Of a stretch of 64,000 nt of DNA, positions 26,669 to 35,788 are shown one piece after another; positions within the stretch are counted from its first letter, which is position 1; every line of letters begins with the position of its first letter. The stretch is taken from positions 48,258-112,257 of the forward strand of contig CAKOLL010000004.1 in the NCBI GenBank assembly GCA_934096295.1. Reading direction: 5' to 3'. This stretch comes from an uncultured Bacilli bacterium (lineage in GTDB: Bacteria > Bacillota_I > Bacilli_A > RF39 > UBA660). Made by a program: the position numbers and the translations under genes. The notes below the pieces were generated by a model, which was given only the letters and a program-made list of their open reading frames with translations, had not been told where the DNA came from and searched no databases.

Positions 26669-28120
26669 TTATATCTTTATTAAATTTTTGACCAAATTAT
26701 TGTCAACTTGTACTATAGACATTGGAGGTTTTTTTAACAAATTATTTTCCACTAAGCTCTTATATGTTATTGGACTTTCTAGTGTTTTATAATATTTAAA
26801 TAGTATTAATTTTGATTTAGAGGTAAAATTTAATGTTATTTCTTTCAAAGAGTAAACTGTTCTTTTTATTGCCATAGAATATAAATCTTCTGGTTTTGTA
26901 AAATCATAAAATACATTATCGACAATTCCAATAGTAGTAAGACTTTTTTTGTTTTGACTAGCGTAAAAAAGTAATATATCCCCCGATTTGATTTGTTTAG
27001 TTTTAGCATTGCAAATATACGCTTTTTTTATTGCGTTTGCATAAGTATTAATTCCTTGAAGATCTCCAAAAGATAGTTGTGTTATCGTTTCTGATTCCGG
27101 AAACAACATTTCATGATAATGTTGTTGAATGGGTACAATAAAAACATTTCTATTTGACCAATCAAAGTTTGGATAAGTATTATCATTCATACTTTTTACA
27201 AAAACCGATTCTTTCTCAAAACTTCCATCTGCTTTTTCAGTCATCTTTACAGTTTTTTTAGTAAATCCGTATTCTAAAAATAAATTTATTAACGCTTCTT
27301 GTTTTTCAAAAATAGTTACATATATTTCATCTACTTTATTTTTAATTGCTTCATTTATAATGATTTTTATATAACTTTCGCCAATTTTGTTTCCTGTATT
27401 TGCAACTTTAAAAGTTGCCACTTTTAAACGTTTACTAGGTTTAAATGGCTCTTTAAAACTAGAATAATCTTCTGTTTCATCTTCTAACTTTAACAGCAAA
27501 AAAGAACCAATTCTATTATTAGAACATCGAGTAATATAAGCCTTATAACCTTCACGAGATTTTTTCTTATACCAATTTTCAAATCCTTTATAATCTTCTT
27601 TTAATGAATCAAAAAAATCATCTTCTAGCTCTATATTATATAAATATTCATGATTTATAAATGCTAGTGTTCTAGTTTCTTTTTCTTCTAATGGCTTAAA
27701 TAAGGTTATTGCCTCCTCGATTCCTAAAACTCTATCACTTAAATTCACCTTTTTAGCTTTATTTCTTAATTTATTATCATTAGTAATTAAATAACTAACG
27801 CAGTCTTTATATACTGCATATAATAAATTATTATCAATTATATCATTTGGTATTTTTGTACATCCAACTATATTATTAAAATTTACCGTTGCTTTTGGTG
27901 GCTTTTCTATAAAATCATAAACCCTAACTTTACTAAGAATAATATTTTTTTCTTTTTGATTTTTAATATTATTTAAATCATCTAACGTCATTGGATGTAT
28001 GAATATTCTATATTTATTTGAATCATAAAGAATTTTCGTGAGTTCTAGAACTTTGTCATTTACTATAGAGTGATCTTCTCTGTAAATTAATAAATTTGTG
28101 TCTAATAAAATCTTCTTCAT
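26669..28120 (-). CDS. three-domain protein: PIN nuclease + GNAT acetyltransferase + C-terminal PUA/EVE-like domain
   Basis: PIN: MKKILLDTNLLIYREDH...IIDNNLL...LITNDNKL (conserved acidic residues). GNAT: KVATFKVANTGNKIGESYIKIIINEAIKNKVDEIYVT...FLEYGF. C-terminus: SGDILLFYASQNKKSLTTIGIVDNVF resembles an EVE/ASCH beta-barrel. Confidence 0.65.
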   Translation of the reverse strand: MKKILLDTNLLIYREDHSIVNDKVLELTKILYDSNKYRIFIHPMTLDDLNNIKNQKEKNIILSKVRVYDFIEKPPKATVNFNNIVGCTKIPNDIIDNNLLYAVYKDCVSYLITNDNKLRNKAKKVNLSDRVLGIEEAITLFKPLEEKETRTLAFINHEYLYNIELEDDFFDSLKEDYKGFENWYKKKSREGYKAYITRCSNNRIGSFLLLKLEDETEDYSSFKEPFKPSKRLKVATFKVANTGNKIGESYIKIIINEAIKNKVDEIYVTIFEKQEALINLFLEYGFTKKTVKMTEKADGSFEKESVFVKSMNDNTYPNFDWSNRNVFIVPIQQHYHEMLFPESETITQLSFGDLQGINTYANAIKKAYICNAKTKQIKSGDILLFYASQNKKSLTTIGIVDNVFYDFTKPEDLYSMAIKRTVYSLKEITLNFTSKSKLILFKYYKTLESPITYKSLVENNLLKKPPMSIVQVDNNLVKNLIKI

Positions 28121-28350
28121 TTTAATCCTTAGCTCCTTTCTAAAATTTCTGTCTATTATATCACAACGTCTCTAAAAATTAAAGATTTATATGATTTCAT
28201 TAGCCAAGCTAATTGAATTAGTTATAATGCAAATATAATTAATTATGAAGATAAACAATGTCGAAAAATTATATTAATGAAAAAATTGTAATTAAATTGC
28301 CGCAAATATTTCTAACAAATAAAAATGGAAGAGATTTTGCTCTTCTATTT

Positions 28351-29688
28351 TTATTTCAAATCATATTTTTCTTTAAAACTATCAATATATTTTTGTCTCA
28401 TTGCAATCATTATTTTTTCTGCTATATCTATAGAAACATCATTCATATTCATGTAACTTGTATCAAGTAAAATAAAATTCTTCACACTATTATTAAATAA
28501 TTCTTGTAGTGCATTTAAACTATTATTATATTCATTTATATTTTCAGTATTTAAGAATGTTCTTTTTTCTAAGGCTAAACTTGAATTATAATCTCTTTTT
28601 AAAGAAACAATGGCATCAGCATAAGTGATTACTAGAAAGTCTATTAATTTATTAGAAATTTTACTATATTTTTCTTTTGCTTCAAGATACGTTTTTTCAT
28701 CAATGTCTTTGCGAAGATATCTTCGATAATTCCATATTTGTCTATCATTTATTGATCTATCAATTAGGATTATATCAGTTTCTAGTTTGATTGCACTTTC
28801 TAACTGTTTTGTTACTTCTTTTATTATTGCCATATTAAGTTCTAACATACTTGTTGATTTATATTGAGGTAAAAATACTTCTTTATAATACTTTGAAGTT
28901 GTAAACTCTTCAATTAAAGTAACTTTGAAACCGCCTTTTTTAAAAAAATCATACAAATTGTTAATTGTGGTAGTTTTTCCAGTTCTTGGAGTTCCACTAA
29001 ATTCAATAACAAATGGCTTTGATAGTGAGCTCAATTCTTTTAATCTTTGTATTTCTACTTTTCTAGCATGTAGCTTTTTGAGCTTTTCATAATAATCTAT
29101 ATTATCATTAAAAATTGTATTTTCTAAATAAGTATCTTCAGCTTTATCAAAAACATTATCTACCGCATTTTTAAATCTTTTAAAAATCGGTAAGTTTGCC
29201 TCTTCATTGTAAATTATACTTTCATAAACATTTGTAAAATACCATTTTTGTTGCTCTTCTCCTCTTTTAAAAGTTGAAAAGTCTTTTTTTCCATTTTTTT
29301 CGAATTTAAGCATCATATCTTCTAAATTATTTATTTTATCAGCACAAATAATTAATTTATTAGCTAAAGGTAATGTTTTTGTTTCCTTGATTGTGTGTTT
29401 TTTTCTTTCTTCCCATGAAAGTGTTTTGTTAGGTTCTGATGCTCCCATTACTAGGTTTGCTACCTTTTCACCAAATTCATTTTGTATATCTTCAATTGTG
29501 TATTTAGTATCTTCAACTACATCATGTAAGTACCCTGCTGCTATTATTTCGTCATCATAACCATAATCTTCTAATAAATTACCAACACTAATTGGATGCA
29601 TTATCATTGGTTTATCTGGTTCACTTTTTCTAACTTGACCCATATGAGCTTTTATGGCAAATGCTTTTGCTCTTTCTTTTAAGTTCAT
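28351..29688 (-). CDS. fusion of a RelA/SpoT-type HD hydrolase domain with a P-loop kinase-like domain
   Basis: HD: AHMGQVRKSEPDKPMIMHPISVGNLL...AAGYLHDVVEDT. P-loop: VIEFSGTPRTGKTTTINNLYDFFKKGGFKV, about 230 aa further on. Confidence 0.7.
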   Translation of the reverse strand: MNLKERAKAFAIKAHMGQVRKSEPDKPMIMHPISVGNLLEDYGYDDEIIAAGYLHDVVEDTKYTIEDIQNEFGEKVANLVMGASEPNKTLSWEERKKHTIKETKTLPLANKLIICADKINNLEDMMLKFEKNGKKDFSTFKRGEEQQKWYFTNVYESIIYNEEANLPIFKRFKNAVDNVFDKAEDTYLENTIFNDNIDYYEKLKKLHARKVEIQRLKELSSLSKPFVIEFSGTPRTGKTTTINNLYDFFKKGGFKVTLIEEFTTSKYYKEVFLPQYKSTSMLELNMAIIKEVTKQLESAIKLETDIILIDRSINDRQIWNYRRYLRKDIDEKTYLEAKEKYSKISNKLIDFLVITYADAIVSLKRDYNSSLALEKRTFLNTENINEYNNSLNALQELFNNSVKNFILLDTSYMNMNDVSIDIAEKIMIAMRQKYIDSFKEKYDLK

Positions 29689-29712
29689 TTTATACCTCCA
29701 TGATTTTTATAT

Positions 29713-30273
29713 TTACTTATGTAATCTTATAACTTGATATTCAATTATTTTTCCATCACTTACATAACTAACAGATATTCCTTTGCCATTATTGGCATTC
29801 TTTTTATCTTTTGATAGAGTTTTTGCTTCATTCATCAAGTATTTTATATCAGAATCAGTTAAAGTATCATTATTAGATTTTATTAAAGCCTTAACATAGT
29901 TTAAAGCAATAGACTCGTTATCTGAATAATGAATAGTCATTATTTCTGTAATATCTTTATCTTTGTTACCTGTATAATTTTCAGGTTTTACATATAAATA
30001 AACATTATCAAGTAATGCAAACCAATATAAATTATTTTCTTGTGTCATATAATCATAACTTGCTGGATCCCCAACATTATTATCCATTATTTCAGTATTA
30101 AATTTGGCAACACTTAATTCTACACTTTCTTTTTTTACACTACCATATTTTTCGAATGTTTTATTTAAATCTTCTTTTTGTTTATCTAAATCTTTATCTA
30201 AATAGATTTTTACTCCGATTGAACAACCTATCACTAATAAAACCACCAAAACAATAATTATATTTTTTTTCAT
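29713..30273 (-). CDS. lipoprotein of unknown function
   Basis: Signal peptide with a lipobox-like LLVIGCS. Confidence 0.55.
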   Translation of the reverse strand: MKKNIIIVLVVLLVIGCSIGVKIYLDKDLDKQKEDLNKTFEKYGSVKKESVELSVAKFNTEIMDNNVGDPASYDYMTQENNLYWFALLDNVYLYVKPENYTGNKDKDITEIMTIHYSDNESIALNYVKALIKSNNDTLTDSDIKYLMNEAKTLSKDKKNANNGKGISVSYVSDGKIIEYQVIRLHK

Positions 30274-30466
30274 AAGCTTAACCTTCTTTCAAATTAATTA
30301 TATTAAATATGCTACTATTCCAATTGTAACATAGTTTCGACAAAATTTGTCATTTTTTTATATTTTTGTTCTATAAATTAACTAATTATTTTATTTATCG
30401 TTTTAAGTTCGCCCTAGACTACAAAAAAAAGACATGTTATAATTAACATGTAGAAAGGATAAATTT

Positions 30467-30772
30467 ATGAAAAAGAAAATATTAATTACTATTTTGTCAA
30501 TTGTTCTAGCATATAGCCTATTTATATTAGAAGAAAGCGTTAGGCTTGAAAAAAACCACAATTCAAAACCTCTTATAACTTTAAAAACTGATACAAATAT
30601 TGATGCAAATAATCCAAATAATATTGAAGATGTTTACTATAGTATTGGTTTTAAACTATCTCGAAAATACACTAAATATAAAAAATCATCTGAAGATAAT
30701 TTATTATATTTAAACGAATCTGCAGAACTATTATTATTTAACAAAATAAGACTATGGGCTTGGGTAAGCTAG
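30467..30772 (+). CDS. small membrane-anchored hypothetical protein
   Basis: An ATG preceded by GAAAGGA, and one N-terminal TM span. Confidence 0.4.
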   Translation: MKKKILITILSIVLAYSLFILEESVRLEKNHNSKPLITLKTDTNIDANNPNNIEDVYYSIGFKLSRKYTKYKKSSEDNLLYLNESAELLLFNKIRLWAWVS

Positions 30773-30784
30773 TCTTTTTTTATA

Positions 30785-31212
30785 CTATAATTTAATATTG
30801 TTTATCACGTCACTTAAATATTCATGACTTTTTAAAACTATTTTATACTTACTTTTATTATTAATGCAATCATTTACATGAGTATCCCACTTTTGGAAAA
30901 AACCTTCTATAAATTCTTCATTACTGCCTCTTTCAATAGCTCTTTTTTGATACTCTTCTTTTAACTTTTTATCGGGATAAACTAAATAATAATCAATATT
31001 TCTTTTATTTAATTCATTTAGCACACTACCATGTGTTGTTATTAATACATAATTATATTCTTCTTTTAATGCAAGTAAACATTCAACATATTATCCAACC
31101 TTCTATTTTATTGAAATAACAAGTATCTAAATCTATGCAATTAATATCTTTTTTTTTGAGATAAAAAACTTTTGCCAATATTTGAAAAACCACTAACAAT
31201 AATACCTATTAT
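30785..31212 (-). pseudogene. disrupted small P-loop ATPase/kinase gene
   Basis: After AAAGGTGG the reading frame begins ATA ATA GGT: (M)IGIIVSGFSNIGKSFLSQKK (Walker A). The frame is lost at an A9 run (31149-31157) and again near 31090. Only the last 79 codons (30785-31024) remain open. Confidence 0.6.
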
Positions 31213-31253
31213 GTTCCACCTTTTTTATTAAAAATACAAATTAACCATTATTT

Positions 31254-31565
31254 CTATTTAGTTTCAATAACACCTTTAATATTATTTATTCTATAATACG
31301 TTATTTCTTTTCCTTTTTTACTATTACTTTCTAGTATAAGCCAGGTGTCATTAAAATCTTTTAATATGCCTTTTTGTGATGTTCCGAATGAAAATAACTC
31401 TTATTCATCACTTTCTATTTCAATTTCTTTACCTTTTAATTTTTCTAATAATGAAAAATCTTTTTTAGAATCTTTACATTGATTATTTAATATTTTCTTT
31501 AATTTTGAACTAGTATCAAAATAAGTCATTAAAACTATTAATAATATTACCCAGGAATAATCCAT
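31254..31565 (-). pseudogene. small gene interrupted by an in-frame TAA
   Basis: The ATG at 31565 overlaps the upstream stop (TAATG). Codon 55 is TAA (31401-31403). The same frame then stays open for another 48 codons to TAG at 31254. Confidence 0.5.
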
Positions 31566-32000
31566 TATTTATCACCTTCCACTACTTTAATTGATGTAAT
31601 TATATCTATATCAATTAATTTTTCTACGAGATTTTTACCTTTTTTATATTCTACTTTAATAAAACTATTACTAACATCTAGTACTTTAACTTTTGAATTA
31701 TAATCAATATATGAATCAGTATAATCTTCGTTTATAAGTAATGAACAATTCTTTCCAATTAAATCCTTTAATATGTTATTTGAATTATTTTTAACATTTA
31801 GTTCCAATTTATTATTGGTTAAATCATCTAAACTTACATTAAATATTTTAGATAATTCTTTAGCTTGTAATATATCTGGGGTTGTTTGACCAAGTTCCCA
31901 GTTAGATACTGTTTGTCTTGTTATATTTAATTTGTCTGCTAAAGATTCTTGAGATAATCCTTTTTTTTCTTAATAATAATATTTTTTCATTTATATTCAT
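31565..32000 (-). pseudogene. XRE-family HTH regulator with a +1 frameshift in an A8 tract
   Basis: AAGGAG, 8 nt, ATG (32000): MNINEKILLLRKKK. After the A8 run (31961-31968) the HTH GLSQESLADKLNITRQTVSNWELGQTTP continues in another frame, into the 80-aa track ORF 31565..31807. Confidence 0.6.
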
Positions 32001-32113
32001 AAACATTTCTCCTTCATGTTTTAAGTATATCAAAAACTATTTAAATTGCTAGCAAATATCTTTTGAAGATTGTAAAATTTATTTAACATGTAAATTTTTT
32101 AAATAAATAAACT

Positions 32114-32602
32114 TTATAATTCTACGATATTAACTTTATTTCCATGCTCTTTTATAATATTTATTAAATCTTCAACTCTCAAATAAATTGTGGCAGTATT
32201 TTCATTTGGATGAACACCGATTATTTTTTTATTTTCTAAAAATTCTTTATCTAAATAAAATGTGACCTTTAAATTCTTATCATTTAATAGACCCAATGAG
32301 GTTACGGAGCCTGGGATTAAATTTAGGATACTCATTAAATCTTCACTCGATGCAAAACTTAAACGTCTTGTATTATTATTGTTTGAAAATGTTTTTAAAT
32401 CCACTTTTTTGTTTCCTTTAACTGTAATAAGATAATAATTTCTTTTTTTGTCATCTCGCACAAATAAGTTTTTAGCATCGTATTCTGGATAAGGAACTTC
32501 TATTTCTGATATCTCATTCATGTTAAACACAGCTTTATGTTCTGTTACTTCATACCAAATATTTTTACTTTTTAAAAATTCATATATTTCTTGTTTATTC
32601 AT
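32114..32602 (-). CDS. YbaK/ProX-type aminoacyl-tRNA editing domain protein
   Basis: A 162-aa protein with KNLFVRDDKKRNYYLI...IPGSVTSLGLLND, typical of the prolyl-tRNA-synthetase-associated family. Confidence 0.7.
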   Translation of the reverse strand: MNKQEIYEFLKSKNIWYEVTEHKAVFNMNEISEIEVPYPEYDAKNLFVRDDKKRNYYLITVKGNKKVDLKTFSNNNNTRRLSFASSEDLMSILNLIPGSVTSLGLLNDKNLKVTFYLDKEFLENKKIIGVHPNENTATIYLRVEDLINIIKEHGNKVNIVEL

Positions 32603-33153
32603 TATTTTTTCTCCTTACACATAGCTAATATTTTTCTCATAGTGTTGGCAGTTCTTATTGTAATTCTATCTTTTATATTTGTACTTGCTGTTTTTATCCA
32701 CCAGTTTGATTTACGATAGCTTTTTAAATCAAATGACCAAAATATTGAATTTTTATAATTATTTATTTTATCAATACCATCACTTGGTAAACCTATTTCA
32801 TCATAAACATCTTTATATTTAGTCGGAGGCATTATAAATATTAAATTATCGTAAATTTCTTTGTTATCTGTTTTCCACCAATCCGGAGCATTATTTAATA
32901 TATCTTCTAACTCAGTTTCATTTAAAACAAAAACAGGTATATCTAAATTAAAATTATCTTTTATAATTTCAGAAATATTTTTAGCTATATTTTCTTTATT
33001 ATCTAAACTTGTTTTTAATATTACATTTCCACTATTAAGATGGGTTGTAACGTTTTGATAGTTATTTTCTTCTAGTACTTTTTTTAACTCTTTCATTACA
33101 ATTTTGTTTTTACCACTTATATTTACTCCCCAAAGCAAAGCAATATATTTCAT
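32602..33153 (-). CDS. DUF1697-family protein
   Basis: MKYIALLWGVNISGKNKIVMKELKKVLEE...HLNSGNV is the DUF1697 N-terminal signature. Confidence 0.7.
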   Translation of the reverse strand: MKYIALLWGVNISGKNKIVMKELKKVLEENNYQNVTTHLNSGNVILKTSLDNKENIAKNISEIIKDNFNLDIPVFVLNETELEDILNNAPDWWKTDNKEIYDNLIFIMPPTKYKDVYDEIGLPSDGIDKINNYKNSIFWSFDLKSYRKSNWWIKTASTNIKDRITIRTANTMRKILAMCKEKK

Positions 33154-33235
33154 ATTTCATCACACTCGAAATAAGTATAACATATTTTTCTTTTTTTAAA
33201 AACATGATATACTAGTTAAAGATAAGGAGACGTTT

Positions 33236-33682
33236 ATGAAGAAAATAATTTTAATAGTTTTAGTAAGTAGTATGATTTTGTTCGGAGCAACTGGATGTAA
33301 TAAAGAAAAAGAAGAAAAAAATAAAACAGCAAATAATATAAATGCTAGTGAAATGCTTGATACAATTATTAATAATGGACCGGAGTTATCATCAATTCCA
33401 TTTGATTATATTAAAGCTAGTCAAGGGATATATGATGAATTATTAGATAATCCTAAAGAGACATTTGAATATGCAATTAAAGATTTAATAGAAACAGATG
33501 CTAGTAATGGATTAAAAAGTTATTTAGAAGCATTGTTATGTTTAGAAATTAATAAGAATTTTGAATATGATTTTGAAAGTGCAAAAGATTTTTTTGATCA
33601 TTATAAAGAATTCTTATTGGATAAAAACAATAATTTTAATGATTATGATAAATATGCTTTAAAATTAATAAAAGATAACTAA
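33236..33682 (+). CDS. lipoprotein of unknown function
   Basis: Lipobox FGATGCN after a hydrophobic signal. AAGGAGA precedes the ATG. Confidence 0.55.
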   Translation: MKKIILIVLVSSMILFGATGCNKEKEEKNKTANNINASEMLDTIINNGPELSSIPFDYIKASQGIYDELLDNPKETFEYAIKDLIETDASNGLKSYLEALLCLEINKNFEYDFESAKDFFDHYKEFLLDKNNNFNDYDKYALKLIKDN

Positions 33683-33711
33683 TTTTAATACGCTTAGTTA
33701 TCTTTATTTTT

Positions 33712-34470
33712 TTATAAAATTTCTTCTTTTTTATTAATATTAGCATTGTAATAATCTGTTGGTAAGTTTCCTGATAATCTATTAATTTCAAAATCTATAA
33801 AGTAGTTACTTGGATTATTTTCATCAATTAATAAATCTACTAAGCCATCTTCATCAGAAAGTTTTTTATCATGTCTAGCATCCCCTTCTAAAGTAATTAC
33901 TGATCCAGATGGAAGCGTGTACTCTACTATAGGTTTAAATATTCTTACATTATTTACAACCATCCCAGTTTCTTCCATATGATATGGCAAATTTTTTACT
34001 AATTTGCCATTCATATTTAAATATTTAATTATTTTAAGCCTTTTATTTACTTTATGGATACTTAAACATCCGATTAAAATAAATATAATTGGTAAGAAAA
34101 CTCCGATTAATAGAAATTTATTGCTATTCTTAGAATATTCAGTCATACATTTTAAAGGTTCTTTTGAATCATAATAAACTTTTTTATTATCAGTTCCCGG
34201 ATAAATGCTTGATGAAGAATTTGATGAACATGAATATTCAATTCCGTTAACCTCATAATAGTAAATTGGAGAATACATAGTTGTACCATCGCTTATATGA
34301 GAGCTTATTTCCACTCTTGTTGAGGTTGTACTAGAATCCAAACTTTTAAGTTTTAAATAACTATTAATATATACACCTCCAAAGATTGACATAAAAACCA
34401 AACCAAATATTATAAAAATTAGGTAAAAGTTCCTACCTTTCTTTACATATTTTGTATTAATATCGTACAT
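33712..34470 (-). CDS. DUF3592-like membrane protein
   Basis: TM span, beta-rich segment (YSPIYYYEVNGIEYSCSS), second TM span, then a second similar segment. Confidence 0.5.
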   Translation of the reverse strand: MYDINTKYVKKGRNFYLIFIIFGLVFMSIFGGVYINSYLKLKSLDSSTTSTRVEISSHISDGTTMYSPIYYYEVNGIEYSCSSNSSSSIYPGTDNKKVYYDSKEPLKCMTEYSKNSNKFLLIGVFLPIIFILIGCLSIHKVNKRLKIIKYLNMNGKLVKNLPYHMEETGMVVNNVRIFKPIVEYTLPSGSVITLEGDARHDKKLSDEDGLVDLLIDENNPSNYFIDFEINRLSGNLPTDYYNANINKKEEIL

Positions 34471-34589
34471 TACTCACACTTCCTTATCTTTAAATATATT
34501 CTATCATACATCTAATTGAAACTCTAGTTATATTTCCTGTTAATTTGTAAAGTAATAAAGTATAATTAAACATGAAAGAAGGAAATTTT

Positions 34590-35315
34590 ATGAATCAAGA
34601 AAAAATTGGAAAATTTATTTTAGAATGTCGAAAAAATAAAAAATTAACCCAAACTGAACTTGCAGAAAAATTAGGAGTTACAGATAAATCCATAAGTAAT
34701 TGGGAAAACGGTAGAAATATGCCAGACTTATCATTATTTAAACCTTTATGTGAAATATTAGGTATTTCTATTAATGATTTAATAAGTGGAGAAAAAATAT
34801 CTAAAGACAAATATCAAGAAAAATTGGAAGAAAATATTATTACTACAATTGATTATACTAACAAAAAAGTAATAGTTAAAAATAATATTATTGGAATAAT
34901 ACTAATTGCTTTCGGAGTAATAATGGCAATAACTGCGATGTCTATTTTTCCAAGTGAAAGTTCATGGGGAAGTATTTATTCAATATTTGGGACTTTAGTA
35001 TCTATGTTGGGAATTATTATTTTAATAAAGAAATTAAAACTTACTAAAAAGATTATAATTAGTGTAGGTTACCTTGTTTTATTTATTTCTATGTTATTTA
35101 TGATAGATTATATAAGTGTTATAAATATTAAACAAGCACCGAGATTTTCAATAATAAAAATATCAAGTGATACTGCAATATATTACGATACATTATTTTA
35201 TGATGTAATAAGATGCAATAAAAATAGTAAAGATGAATATTATAAGGTAATAAAAAATAATAATTATGATAAAGAAAATATTCGGAAATATTGCAAAAAG
35301 ATTAGTTCAAAATAA
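34590..35315 (+). CDS. XRE-family HTH regulator with C-terminal transmembrane segments
   Basis: KKLTQTELAEKLGVTDKSISNWENGRNMP, followed by 3 TM spans. I prefer the ATG at 34590 (GAAGGAA upstream). The last 6 codons lie inside the 38-nt repeat. Confidence 0.75.
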   Translation: MNQEKIGKFILECRKNKKLTQTELAEKLGVTDKSISNWENGRNMPDLSLFKPLCEILGISINDLISGEKISKDKYQEKLEENIITTIDYTNKKVIVKNNIIGIILIAFGVIMAITAMSIFPSESSWGSIYSIFGTLVSMLGIIILIKKLKLTKKIIISVGYLVLFISMLFMIDYISVINIKQAPRFSIIKISSDTAIYYDTLFYDVIRCNKNSKDEYYKVIKNNNYDKENIRKYCKKISSK

Positions 35316-35333
35316 CCGAACTAATCTTTTTTT
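35295..35333. repeat. copy 1 of a 38-nt terminator-hairpin direct repeat
   Basis: AAAAAGATTAGTTCAAAATAACCGAACTAATCTTTTTT, with stem GATTAGTTC/GAACTAATC. The identical core recurs at 41414-41451. Confidence 0.85.
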
Positions 35334-35762
35334 CTTACTAACTTCATTGGGTAAAATTTTATACCATATACATTGTTCTGTATCAGTATCTATAAAACCT
35401 AAATGTTTATAAATATCATGAGCAAATAAAGAAGAATTTACTGTCATATAATTTTCTTCATTTAAAGCATTTATTTTATCAAATAACATTCTACCTATTC
35501 CTTTATTATGGTTCTTGCCCTCTACAAAAAATAAAGCAATATGAGTTTTATCTTTGGTAGCAATAACTCCAGTTAAAGTATTGTCTATATAAGCTCCATA
35601 AAATTCTCTATCATTTATCCAATTCTTATTATCAATTGTTTTTTTAAATTCATTTATACCTTCTTCTGTATAATCTGGAGCTTCATACTCTAAAAATACA
35701 CTCCATACTAGCCCAAGAGCTTTATTCATATCTGAATTTGGTATTCTTTTAATATCTATCAT
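35307..35762 (-). CDS. GNAT-family N-acetyltransferase
   Basis: IALFFVEGKNHNKGIGRMLFDKI...HLGF is the acetyl-CoA-binding core. The last ~8 codons and the stop are supplied by the repeat. Confidence 0.75.
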   Translation of the reverse strand: MIDIKRIPNSDMNKALGLVWSVFLEYEAPDYTEEGINEFKKTIDNKNWINDREFYGAYIDNTLTGVIATKDKTHIALFFVEGKNHNKGIGRMLFDKINALNEENYMTVNSSLFAHDIYKHLGFIDTDTEQCIWYKILPNEVSKKKRLVRLF

Positions 35763-35788
35763 AATAAATCACCTCGAAATTTTATTTT

